64,000 bases of DNA from Kondoa subrosea (Eukaryota): assembly GCA_039545335.1 (NCBI GenBank), contig BCIN01000006.1, forward strand, positions 682,001 through 746,000, given 5' to 3'. The position numbers and the translations under genes are program-made. Each line of letters opens with the position of its first letter. Position 1 is the stretch's first letter. Under the pieces are notes generated by a model that was given only the letters and a program-made list of their open reading frames with translations, was not told where the DNA came from and did no database searches. Below are positions 41,866-54,337 of this stretch, in pieces.

Positions 41866-43251
41866 ATGAAACATCCGGATCTGAAGCCAGAGCTGGAATT
41901 GCAAGAACAAGAGTTAGTCAACCCGTCCCCTCAGTGGGATGAATCTGATACAATAGCTAGTCCTGGTCCTCCTTCTAACCCGCTTCTGCTTTCTCTCTTC
42001 GACTGGCATGTCTTGTCTCTACTAGCAGCGGGAGCGATCTTTGGTTGTCTGGTTCGCTTAGGTCTCACAGCGCTCTTCAGTGCACCTGCACAATCCGAAC
42101 AAGTCTTTCCAGTCCTTTGGACTCAAGGCACAGGGTCAGTCCTTTAGTCCTTTGCGAAATGCCATGATTGTCTTGCTGATTTTTACTGTTCAAGGTGTTT
42201 CTTCTATGGTTTAACCGTTCGCAAGCAGAAACAGATTGAAGCTTTTTGGCCAGCTCTATATATTGCTCTCCGGGTTGGCTTTTCAGGCGGAATAGCGACT
42301 TTTGCTACTTGGCAATTGCAAAGCTTTCAAGCTTTCAGCGACTTTGCTGGACACCCACAGCCCGGGTTGAATTATGTGAGCGGAATCCTTACTAGCTATG
42401 TAATTAGCTAGACAAGCCTGAGCGTGCTCATAGGCTACTGCCGGTCCGCGAATTTTCTCTGTAGTGGCCTAATTAATGCTGACAATCGGATAATAGGTAT
42501 GAGTCAACTCTTCACTACCATCTGTGCTGTATTTTTCTCGCTACATTTTGGTCGCCATATTGGAGATCATTTGGGTGATTACCGAGATCGAATAAAACCC
42601 ATCAAACCTCTTTATGCTCATATCCTATCCGTTATGGCACTCAGCTGCTGGTTGGCTGCACTGTTGATTTTCCTGCTCACATCGGAAACGGGCAAATTCA
42701 GAGATGGTCGTAGGGTTGCTTTCTCCATCACTTTAGCACCTCCTGCAACATATATTCGATGGTGAAGCACCTTTAAAACCGAGACATGATCGAAGTAGTA
42801 CTCAAGCTGTTTTTGCTACAGGGTTCTCGGTTTCAAACTCAACCCTCGATCACCTTCATGGATCAAGATGGGTACTTGGACAGCCAACGTTGTTTCAACT
42901 ACTATAGCCTCGACCGCTTTCCTCTTACAAAACATCTCTCCTCTCAATGCTACTATCTCTCTCTTTCATTGTCAAACGCTTCAAGCGATCCAAGATGGTT
43001 TTTGCGGTGGGTTATCTACCATACCATCAGTTTTGGAACAGGCAGAAAAGATGCACAAAACACACAAAAAGTGGTGGATGTGTTGGGTTTACATTGTTTT
43101 CGTACAATTCGGGTTCTGTCAATTACTGGTAGTTCTCATTGTGCGTTCCATTTTTCATCTCGGTATTTGTATTCTTGTAGCTAATGGTTATGTACGCCAG
43201 GTTGGAGTACCTTGGTGGACTTTAGGCAAAGGTGATAGATGTGACTACTAG
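41866..43251 (+). CDS. FEX1: Fluoride export channel (fused double Fluc/CrcB)
   Basis: AIFGCLVRLGL, GFSGGIATFATW, LAPPATYIRW, GTWTANV, IQDGFCGGLST. Confidence 0.88.
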
Positions 43252-43793
43252 GATCTCGAAGGTTCTTATGTGAGTGCCTCTCTTCCTTGGTTTTGTTATT
43301 GATTGCTGAAAGCATTCCCGTAAATGACTAGTTATTGTGCAACTCTTCTTATAAGTATACAACGTCATTAGCTGTAGCATCTGTGCCGCATGTAAAGTAG
43401 TGTAAACAAGGTTGCGCGGCGCGATTGGCTGAGACTGGGTTATTGAGCAATTCAAGCCGGTTGCCGATGTTCGAGTGTCACTCTTATACTCGGCTCCTGT
43501 CATGTAGACAGAAATCTGAGTCTCTGACGTCGACTTGCCTCCAGCTTGTGGAACACTTGATATTACGTAATATTATAGGTTGGACTCTGTTAGCCATTCC
43601 TTAAAGTCGTGACAGCATTGACTGGTCGCTCTCCTTCCCATATATCTGCACCTCGAGTGCTGCAGCTGCTTGAAGTCTGTGCTCCTGACACCTTCCCGCC
43701 CAGCTTCTGAAGAGAATAACCGAAACCTGGCTGCGCATTGAAGGTTGGCTAGTCAGGCTCAACTGGTGTGGGATCAATTTGCATTCCTCTAGT

Positions 43794-46325
43794 ATGGGTA
43801 AAGATGAGCATCGCAAGCGAAAAGCAGTGAAGCAGTCACCAGCGACGATCTATGCCAACATCGTAGACTTCGCTCAATACTTTCCTTTGCTTGGTGCTAT
43901 CTTTGCTCCTTTGGCTACTATATTCGATATATGTGGTCTCACGGAAGCCTGGTTCCTCTTTGACAATGTTCAGGTTCGATAATCGCAAGGCAATGTTGAA
44001 AGATCTTTACCGACTGATGATATGGCTTGGCTGTTTATAGCTGAAAGATCCAAACAAGAGCGTCATTCTCAGTTCTTTATGTTTGGCTTTTGATATAATA
44101 GCTAACGGAATGCTCATCGCACGTTTCACGTTCGTTTATTAGCTTTGCTGAATCTTGGCCAAAACATGTTGATATTCTGCAGAACAGTATCAAACCTGCA
44201 CATTGGCGATTCGTAACTATCGCTTCGATTGTCTGCTGGACCATAAAGCTTGGTTTATCACTTAGCAATCTCTTTGTATACGGTGCTTTCAATGAGAGGA
44301 ACGTATGTCTCGTTCTATCTCATATTCCAACTTCTTCTGCAACCGACTTATGTCTACCAAGCAGTCCATCATCTTTACCTATGGAGAAGGCTTCTGGGCT
44401 TCAGTAATGAGTTTGATTTTGTCCGGACTTATTGCGCTCGCCTTAATTGCTGGATACTTCCTGCGACGGAAAGAGAAGACTGAAGAATCAGCAGAAGTTA
44501 GGGTTGCAGGTTCACGTTTCGTGAGCTCCACTGTGGCTGAGATTGGAAACAGCTCAAAGAGAAGGCGTAAAAGATGTTCTCCGTCATGGCTTTTATAGGC
44601 GTTATTGCTCTGCAAGGCTGTATCTTTTCGCAAGTCGAGGAATGGACTTTTACAAACGGCTTCTACTTTGGCCTGTGTACGGCTCTAACAGTGGCTTTCG
44701 GTGGTGAGTAGAACAGTACCCTTTGGAAGGATTTGAGAGCCAATTCCGTTGTTCAGATTTCTATCCTACCAGGACATCGACTCGGTATGCCGACGTATTG
44801 CATACTCGTACTCGAGCTGACAATTACATTCACAGTGTGCTGGACTTTTTTTTCATTGTCATCACCATTTCCCTGCTGTAAGCTTCAGAACGAAAAGCTA
44901 GAGCTACATGAGCTAATCATACGGCAACTCAGTGCTGTCATGATTGGTCAAATTGTATCTTTCTTCTTCGAGCGCGCAACGAAAAGCAAAGCCGACTCGA
45001 GGAAACAACTAGAAAAGGAGTTTCACGAGAAAAGAGCTGAAGCCGATGATAAATCTAAAAGATCTTTAGTCATGGAGATAGCGGAACTGCAAGCTATGTA
45101 AGCTTTTTTATTGCTTTCAGGGCTATTTCGTGCTTAATGGGAACAGGGAGGAGAAAGGTGGAAAATATGAAGGAACACGACAGCTCACAGTCTCTATTGT
45201 CGTCTTCATTTCTTTCATGCTACTCGGAGCCGGAATTTTCTCAACCGTCGAGTCCTGGACGTTTGGCGAAAGTTGTATGTCCTGGTGTAACCTTACGATT
45301 GGAATTGGTCAATGCTGATAGCGTGGCATAGTCTATTTCATATATGTTGCAATTCTTGCAATAGGCTACGGAGACTTCAGACCTATAACACCGGTATATC
45401 GCTAGTCAGGATTTGTAACAGCTAATAATAATATTGGCTGCTGTCAGGCCGGAAGAGTCATTTTCATTCTGTATGGCTTCCTGGCCGTGCCCATCGGTAT
45501 GTTGTATCTGCCAATCAATCATCTCCTGTACTGATGTTGTGATATTTAGTTACCAGTTTCCTGTAACTTCTCTAACTCGCAGATCTCACATTGTGTCTTA
45601 CTATGGCCGTACAGTCTCGAAACAGTGGTTGGACTGTTCAACGCTCTAGCCGAAGGCTGGGCGACCAAGCAAAAAGACAAGCGGGCCCCGACAAAGTCAG
45701 AGATGACTATGATTCATTCACACGCCTGTAAGCGATAAGTTTTTCATATTAGATACTGTACTCAGACCGTGTTCGACCAGATATGGTCAACCACCGCTTA
45801 AACAAACTGAAAGAACTTGAATTACAGAAAGACACTCAGCAACTGACAAGATTGGTCATGCATATGGCTGTTCGACTCGAAGACCTATCTCGAACAATGA
45901 TCATCGATAACATTGAGCAAGATTCCAAAGCTTCGATCCTTCTTCGAGCAGATCGCTCATTGCAAGAAAGATCAATCAGAGAACTCAAGAAATCTTGCTT
46001 TCAGTTCACTCGAGACAAGGAAGCAGCAGCAAAGTTCATTCAGGATGTACACGATGCAACGGAACATCGGGATGAAGAGCAGCAAAGTAATGAAGACGAT
46101 ACCCACACCGCTGAAGATCCTGAAGATCAAGCCAATCCTGGTGAAGAGAAGGAAGAAGATGGCGAAGACAAGAAACCCGACCTGTCTGGCTCCAAGCGAG
46201 ATAAGCTAGAACAGGTACAAGAATATAGAGAGACTTTTGCTGCTTTATTGGCGGTCGGGTCAAGGCTAATGAAGCTGGATGGAGATGAGAGGTATCTGTG
46301 GGAGCGACAACGGGTGAATGACTAG
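43794..46325 (+). CDS. TOK1: Fungal two-pore-domain (TOK-type) cation channel
   Basis: N-terminal PLLGAIFAPLA..DI TM block, YGEGFW, P1 WTFTNGFYF..TVAFGDFYP, P2 ESWTFGES.YF..AIGYGDFRPITPAGR. Confidence 0.88.
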
Positions 46326-46600
46326 TAGGTTGTTTTGTCTTAATGTTGCCCAAAATTGACGCGTGCTATCCAGTGAGCTCGATCAAGGTGGCTTTTTGCT
46401 CGGCAAAGCTAGAATAGGACCAGCTGAGGAAGCTATGGACGTTGATGTGTAATTTGGTAGAGAGAGGTTGTGTTTGCACATCGTTGCATCTCATTGTGGC
46501 ACTGAGCATCGTAAAGTTATGTGTATACTGTATTTCATTGAATAATTTATTCGCTCTATCATTGGATTGCAACAAGGTGGAATCTCTAAGTACTAGACTG

Positions 46601-48052
46601 CTACAGTTCCGACCGGCCATTGTATATCACTGGCTGCTGTCTAGCAGCCGCCTCCTTGAGTCTCGCCTCGACATCCCTATTCCTGATGTTCAGCACTGAG
46701 ATTGTTGATTGCAAGAGATTGCTCACCGCCAATCAGGGAAATGCCTTTCTAAGATTTCAGGTTGTAGCTTCGGGAAGTTTTCCGAAATAGCTTCAAGCAC
46801 TTTCTCAGTCACGACCTGGAATAAATGGCGGTCAGATTCTCTGTATGGTACGCAAGAGCATCTGAGCTACCTTGTATCCTTCACCAGTGAGATGCAAGCC
46901 ATCGCTTAGATATTTCCTCAGCCCCTCGGCTCGATGACCCTCAACAAGCTTTTCCAGAGCGCTATGCACATCGACAAAAGCTATAGGTCTTTTGGTCTGT
47001 TTTCGTGCTTCTTGAACTACTTCTCCGACTGTTTGAGCGAATTCAGCAGTTCGCTCGATCGTTCGGTCAAGCACAAGCTCTTCTCCAGGGAACCGTCGAT
47101 CTCTACAAAGTGACATGAGCTTATACCTAGTAGCATAATTGCATGAACGTACACATCTTCTCGCCTCATGACTGGCTCGAAAGGTGGAGGGGAAAGCATA
47201 AGGACCGGAATATAATCTGGGATGAAAGATAGTATGGTATGCAGATTGATTCTGAACCGCTCGAGTCCGACATGTTGAGCTCGACTAGAGAGTGTAGCGT
47301 CGTTCGCCTGTCTGCAATTGAGCTCGATGGTCTCATATGAACAGTGCAAACGTACGCCGAACCAGATGGTCACTAGTTTCAGGTTATTCGTGTTGGCGAA
47401 GATCTGCGGAGCCCATTGTAATGCCCATTCAGCTACATCATTATTAGCAATGAATTGCAGTAAGAAGCAACTCGACTGACTGTTGTATCCGCTCAGTCCT
47501 CGGTTCATGACATCTCTAGTTTGCGTTCAGAACACGAAGAAGCGAGAAAGAAGGAAAAAGCTAACAGCTTTCTCTGATAGACATCCGCCAAAGCAGCGCC
47601 TGTACCATTAACCATCCAAGATTGCTGGGTGACTTGTTCGCATGAACTTCTGTCTTTGAAATCTCAAGCTAGATTTCAATGCGCTCACTTGAATCACCAA
47701 ACATGACCAATTGACCATAAGAATACTCTTCGCTCATTCTGAAGACCTGATTCGCAAATCTATCCACTGTTCGCTGGACCAAAGGGATTTCGTATTTATA
47801 AGCAGCTCTCGTCAAGAGACCAAGGACGATCAGGAATTGGAAGAAGAGCTTGATAGGGTTGAAAGAGATTACACCTTCTCGATCACGAACTGGCTGTGCC
47901 TCACGCGGTGCTGAAGGAGTCGAAGATTCGGGCGAGTCTGAGTTTACAGCTTCTGTTTGACGTTGTGCTGCTTGGGCTGCTACTGTACGACGATCTGGTA
48001 AGACCCAAGGATGTCCAGAACGCTGTGAAGGTTTATTCCGCGGTTTGAACAT
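46601..48052 (-). CDS. IAH1: SGNH/GDSL esterase, isoamyl acetate hydrolase-like, with an N-terminal TM anchor
   Basis: VMFGDS, NRGLSGYN, TIWFGANDA, LSDGLHL. Confidence 0.9.
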
Positions 48053-48244
48053 AGAGTCGAGAGAAGAATGAGAATAAAGCTTCGAAGGTCACAACATCAA
48101 ACATATACAATGCCACTTATACAATGCCACTTCTGCTTCTTCTCTAATGATGCTCAAAGAAGTACATATACACGAATGCTAATAAAGTCCCTTGAAATGC
48201 GAGCGAAGAACGATTACGGTACAGATACAAAACATCCCTTCAAT

Positions 48245-49172
48245 CTATTGCGAGAAGACAATATTGTCCAAACAGCCAGCATCTGACGACACAGTGAGTA
48301 CATAGAAGAATAGATGCAAGGAGAGCCATACTATGAGATGAGTCTGATGCTGATTTGACGACTGTTTTCAATGTACTGTGAAGACGGAAATCAGATTGTG
48401 TCTACTCGGTCAAGACAAATCGCTCACATCGTATCCGCCAAAGCCAAGTTGGAGAAGGTGTTCTTCGTCGCTTGCTCTCCACAGTCCAAGACTTGGCTGA
48501 AGACCTCCTACTCGAAAGGTTCAGCTTAATCCAGCAGAAGTGTTGAAGATAATCATACCTTTCCCTTCAGAGTTCCAGTCAACGTTGTTGTCTGCGCATC
48601 ATTACCCAACAGATTCCCGCAGTAAACCGTATTGATCCTAAACGGTTTCCCATCGGTAGCAGTAATGACTGGATGTAGATTCGCTGGAGTGTCGTAATAC
48701 AGACAAGCAGGAGGTGATTCCATCAAGTCGGAATAACCAGAACCTACAGAAGATGAAGTAGTAATCACATATCCGGACTCACCCCAATCGTAGCCTTTGT
48801 AACCTGCTGGAATAGGTCCGAAACCATCTTCAGGTTTAAGATCATCGCTGTATAAACACATCAGCCTGGTTGTACACATGCTGATGGATGACGTACAAGT
48901 TGATAGTTGCTGAAGATAGACCTCCATCCATTGCTGGTGATTGTCTTCGTTGCAGCGCTGAATCCGACCGAGCTAAAGGAAAATGTCATCCGTCAGGCAT
49001 GTTCGTTTGAGCTTCTCAAGTAGCTCTACTTACAAGCCATACCACGATGTAAGAGACGTGCAGGAACTTTGAGAGGAGGTAAGCCATTTCTAAAGCGATC
49101 TCCATTCGTTAAAGGTTTGTAGGCATTTGCCATTGCAGCCAGAGCGAAGATGAGTGCTAGTGTGCTTTTCAT
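48245..49172 (-). CDS. Secreted protein with basidiomycete-type N-terminal TNxxRxxxGLPPL motif
   Basis: Signal peptide MKSTLALIFALAAMANA, then KPLTNGDRFRNGLPPLK; DDL...IPAGYKGYDW; ends CLDNIVFSQ*. Confidence 0.7.
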
Positions 49173-49977
49173 GTTTGTTTTAGATCAAAGTACAGGTTTG
49201 ATTGTGTGGGAAGAAGAGAGGAAGAGGGAGAAACGGAAAAGAGTTGGGAGTTGGATGTTCAAGAAAACCGTTGCGTGCTAAGAAAAAAGCAAAGCGCGTC
49301 ATGACCTCATCTACGATAGTACCAGTATGGATTAGGCAGCAGTCATCCAGTGCCACACAGCACAGGAGGAAAGACGCGAAGGAGAGTGCTGTAAAAGTTG
49401 CAAGTGCCGGACGCTCGAAATCGCGCAAGCTGATCGCTTGATGTCATATACGTAGCTCAACAGATAGAGAGACAAGACAGAAGGAGCGCCTCGCTTGGGC
49501 GAGCCATGATCGCTACTCCAGAGCGTGACACAAATTGGAGAAGAAATGACATGATTGCACATTGAATGGCTCATTAACAGAACAATGAGCGCTGGTTCAC
49601 ACGCGAACAGGCCATTCAGAAAAGAACAGAGCAAGCAGACAGCATAGAGTTACCCCAACCTGTCGAAATTGGAACAAAATTCAGAAGTCCTTTTCTGCAA
49701 ACCGTAGCCTTCTGCTGCCAGGACTGGATGGTTCTGCTCTGCTGTCTCGACTGATCTTCTGTTTTCTCATCTATCGTTCCACTTCGCTGCTGCTGTTTGA
49801 GGGAGAACAGCCTTGCTTCCATTCTTTCATCCAACATGCGAAAGTCCTGGGCTGCTTTTCTTCTTTCTCTTGTACTTGCACTACAACATTCAAATGATTC
49901 ATAGCCGACTGTCGCAAGAAGAAGCAGGACAAATTGAACCGTGAGGGTGATGCCTTCAGTCCACTTTACAATGTTGA

Positions 49978-50600
49978 ATGATCTATACCAGTGTTGCACC
50001 TTTTCCTCATCGCTGGCTTCTTCTCAAGGTATCAAATGTCTCTCTTTGCTTTGTGCAAGATGTGATAGACATCTTCTGCTACCTGCAGATCATTGGCGCT
50101 TTCATAACACAAGCCCTTCTCCTAGCTTTCGAGCTCAATTACCCTCTTCCATCCGATATACACTACAGTCTTTACATTATGACCTTCTTCTTACCTTTCT
50201 TGAACCTTTCCGCTCTAATTCTGTTGCTTTATTTCGTCCATCTTTCTAAATCGAGACTAGAAGACGAAGAATGGATCAACTTCTTAGCTACTTTGCTGAA
50301 ATTTAGTATGGCTGCTATTGGTATTGGCTATGGGTTATTCGTCCTCACTCTTTCTGGATGGAATTTGAAGGGTGTCGGTGCATTTGTAGTCTTTGCTTCC
50401 GCTGTAGCTGTGATAGGGTGGAAGTGGAGGTTCGAGATCAAGGAAAAGCTGGCGGGATCCAGCAGCGTCTGTAATTTGATCACTCCAGTGCTCGGACTTG
50501 AAAGCATGAACAGGAAGCTGGAAGTGAAAGAATGGTTTGGGAGTGATTGCAACAAAAAGCGAACGTATGCATTGTATGAATACCAACACCTGTGGTCTTT
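49978..50600 (+). CDS. Hypothetical multi-pass membrane protein (frame stays open into bL27m)
   Basis: About four hydrophobic segments in ORF 49978-51051, upstream of the L27 presequence. Confidence 0.45.
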
Positions 50601-50751
50601 CCTTGCCCTTCAGAGCGAGATTACCTCATGCATTATTTTCGACCATTCTTTGTTAACTTGCAGCGATACCAAAATCTTTGACTATCAGTCAACCGCGCCA
50701 GCTACACCCTACACAGCTCCTGAGGAAACACACACACTCTCTGAGCCAACC

Positions 50752-51464
50752 ATGTCCTTCTCACTGCTCGCTTCGACTTCCAAACGCTGTCCTCAACTTT
50801 CGCATCAAATCATAGCAACCTCTTTCCTTTCGCCAGTAGTCGTACAGCAGCGAACAGCAACAAAACGAGGAGCAGGATCGACGAGGAACAATAAAGATTC
50901 AGCTGGTAGACGTTTAGGGCTTAAGAAATCAGGAGGACAAGCTGTGGTAGCTGGAAATATTATACTGAGACAAAGAGGTTTCGAATGGCATCCAGGTCAA
51001 CATGTGCGTCTCTATCTGAGTTGTACTCCTTTTGTGGGAGTATATAACTGAGTCGGATGCACAGGTTGGAGCTGGTAAAGATCATACTCTTTTCGCTTTG
51101 GAACCAGGTTATGTGCAATTCTACAAAACGCACAAGAAACCAGGATCGACTTCTACATCTCCTAACGCTGTACGAAAATACTGTAAGTCTTCGCTGCTGC
51201 TGTACAGCCTTTTGTCAGATCTCATCAAGCTCAAATATGATCTAATCAGGTGGGATAACGCTTACGAGAGATGAAAAGCTACCGAGGGATGAAGAGGCAT
51301 TAGGTAGATCGAGGAGATTTGATTTGGTCAATCTTACTGCGGTGGAAGAAACGTTGGAGCAATTACGGAACGATCATTTGAACACGAAAAGTCGGCCGAA
51401 GCAGCAACAGGAGAATGGGCAGAGTATAGAAGAATCGCAGGTGCATGAGCAAGCAAGTGTATAA
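50752..51464 (+). CDS. MRP7: Mitochondrial ribosomal protein bL27m
   Basis: Presequence, then [58 protein letters not shown]; 2 introns. Confidence 0.95.
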
Positions 51465-51747
51465 AGCTGTCTATTGATTCATTGGATTTCATGCTATTGC
51501 CAAGTTTCGCTTCACCTCTACTCCTCTCGTCGACACCGGTTGCTAGCGGACAACAATGCGAAATACACTCTAGGGACTTGTTCTCTTGTTCTTGAATTGA
51601 GGCTTCTTCTCGAAATCATGCCCAACTACCTTCCAAATTGACCTTATCCCACTCTTGACCCAAAACGTCGGACTGAAAAGAGCCAAGTCAGCTGAACAAT
51701 ACCAGTGACTGTTAGATATCATCACAAGTGATAAGCCCTCCAATGGC

Positions 51748-53406
51748 ATGCGATTATACCAGACTTTGATTCCCCTTCGACGCTGCCTTTCGACCAAAAT
51801 GTCTATTAAACATGCTTGTAAGCAAGATGTGATTGTCATTCTGGGTACAACAGGAGTAGGGAAATCGAACCTGGCCATCTCTCTGGCTTATGCTTTGGGC
51901 GGATCATCCAAATCTGAAGTCATCAATACCGATTCTATGCAAGTTTATAGGGCTTTGCCTATTTTGACTGCCAAAGTGACTGAAGAGGAGAAGAAAGGGA
52001 TCCCGCATCGATTGATGTCTTTCATAGACCCAGGCGAAGAGTACCAGGTCTTGGATTTCAAGCGAGATGCAACGAGAGAAGTCAGCTTACTATCTGTCTT
52101 ATCTGCTTTGGCATCTCAATATCACTAGATAGATGAATTGCATTCTGTGAACAAGACGCCGATTCTGGTAGGCGGAACAGCCTATTATACTCAGCATCTT
52201 CTGTTTCCTTCTACATCTTCCTCCGACTCAACAGAAGCCATCACATACTCTGACTCTGTCTTGAAACAAGTCTCTAACTTGTCTTTGGTAGATCAAGCTC
52301 TTGTTCATCTTCTTCCAACTTTACCTTCCTTGAATTCACCTAATCAATTTCCACCTCTTTTCCCAGTGGACCTACTTCCGGAGCAATACAGAGATCCAGA
52401 ACGTCTAGCATGGGGATTATGGAGCATCTTCAACACTTTGGGCGAGAAGGATGCTGCGAAATGGCATTGGCGAGATATTCGAAAAGTGAGAAGACATTTG
52501 GAAATCTATTTGCAAACCCATGGAAAGGATCTTCAAGAGCAAGAAGAAGAAGAAAAAGGTTGTAGATGGAGAGTACTGGTTTATTGGCTTTATGCTGAGC
52601 GAGAAGCTTTGGAGAAGAGATTGGATGCTAGAGTGGATAAGATGCTTGAGGTGAGCTGGTTTACTTTGTATAAGCTGCAAGCTGAAGAAATAATGTAGGA
52701 AGGAATTCTGGATGAGATCAAGCAACTCTACTCTATTCAAGAGGGCGAGATCGACTTCTCACGTGGAATCAACCAATCAATCGGCTACAAACCTTTCGTC
52801 GAGCACTTGCAAGGCCATATATCGCACAAAGCAGCGACAGATCTCATGAAGCTACATACAGAGCAATATGCTAAAAGACAGGTCGCTTGGTTCCGCACAA
52901 AGTTCACAGACAAAGCACGGAAAGACGAAAGTGTCTCTCTTTATGTTCTGGACGCAAGCCACTTAGAGGACTGGTCACAAGAAGTAGAAGAAAGGGCGAA
53001 AGAGATCACGCTCAGTCAGTATCATCTTTGTGACGAAGCGCGATATGCATTAATGTGTCAATTGATTTGTTATAGACTGGAAAGGAAAGCAGCACATGCC
53101 TGATCCACTCTTGGTGTGCGAAGCAGCTTCTACTCTTCTTACTGAGTGAGTTCACAAAGTCTGACCTGGATTCTCGAGCTTACACTTCATGCTAGCACAT
53201 TCGAAGCCAAAGATCTGCAAAAATACATCTGTCCAATATGTAGTGAATCAGCTGATCGTCCTTTTATGGTCCAAGAATCTCTTCGAAGTGAACACGAGCG
53301 CAGCCGAGCACATCGAGGTAAACAAAGAGCTCAGAATCGCAAACAACAAGGAACGATGCATAATCACTCTGCTCAGCAGGATCACGCATTCAGAAGAATC
53401 AAATAG
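51748..53406 (+). CDS. MOD5: tRNA dimethylallyltransferase (tRNA-IPT, MiaA/Mod5), copy B
   Basis: Same motifs and same four intron positions as copy A; frame is intact after splicing. Confidence 0.95.
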
Positions 53407-53682
53407 CATACGTTGCCAGCAATTTTATGCGTCACAAACAATTCGTCATGCGCTCGATCGTCGGTCAAGTTTCCATTCCATCTGAGCGGATCACATTCTT
53501 GAGAAAAACAGCAAAGAACAACAATGCAGTCCAAACAAAGCTATCCTTTCATGCAACGTATATAAGCTTTACTACCTTGTGTCTTGCTTCTGGCTCAATT
53601 CTCGTTGCAACCTTCGCCGATAAGCTCTGCTACCAGCAATCTCTCAAACTCTTGCTGCCCAGACATATCTTATCTTCACAGC

Positions 53683-54204
53683 ATGAGTTCAATGAAGGAT
53701 AATGAACAAGGTGAAAAGCAATCGTGAGTAATATTCCCAGTACAGGTAAACCGTGTCTGATTTCGGTGATAGTTTGGTCACCATCGAATACGAGGAAAGC
53801 TCTGCGATAGATGTTTTACAGAGAGGAACAGAAAGAGAGAATAAGCTGGTAAGCTCTGCGGCGATTGTGCCAACATCCGATTCGCTGATGAACAATTACA
53901 GAATAGTATTATCATCTTTCTACAAGTCTTTCAGCTCTTTCTTTTCAACCATCTGACAACGAAAGAAGAAGCCACCTTCTCCAAGCAGATCGTCATCGAT
54001 TGTCTGCTACTCAACCTCCTTCTATACAGCAAGTCTATCATAGATTGTCGGTGCTTGGCAGCTCAACTCTCGGCGTCTTCTGTCGAAGATGCTCAAGAGT
54101 TGGACGAGATGGAGAAGATTCTGGCTTCTGTTGCATGGCACAGAAAGCAATGCTGGTTCATCATGGTCGTAGCCTGTACATTTTTCTTTTGTGCCGTGTA
54201 TTGA
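53683..54204 (+). CDS. Small orphan membrane protein, copy B
   Basis: MSSMKDNEQGEKQSLVTIEY...IIIFLQVFQLFLF...WFIMVVACTFFFCAVY; same intron positions as copy A. Confidence 0.7.
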
Positions 54205-54337
54205 CTGGATGAGGGATTGTAGAGTGCACTATAGATGGTTTGTGCTTTTCCTGTAAATATTTCTTTAGCTTCAAGCTTGCATTGCATTTTCGGTTCTGCT
54301 TACTAATATCTCTTGATCGGTTTCGACGAAGCACATC

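Larger units (their letters stand above)
51710..54220 (+). repeat. Inverted segmental duplication, copy B (partner at ~20270-22770)
   Basis: Collinear with the reverse complement of copy A. Confidence 0.95.

Noticed and set aside
53406..53702. ORF starting 20 bp after the MOD5 stop, suggesting a dicistronic unit
   Set aside because: This frame is broken by indels in copy A; the conserved downstream gene starts at 53683/20807.
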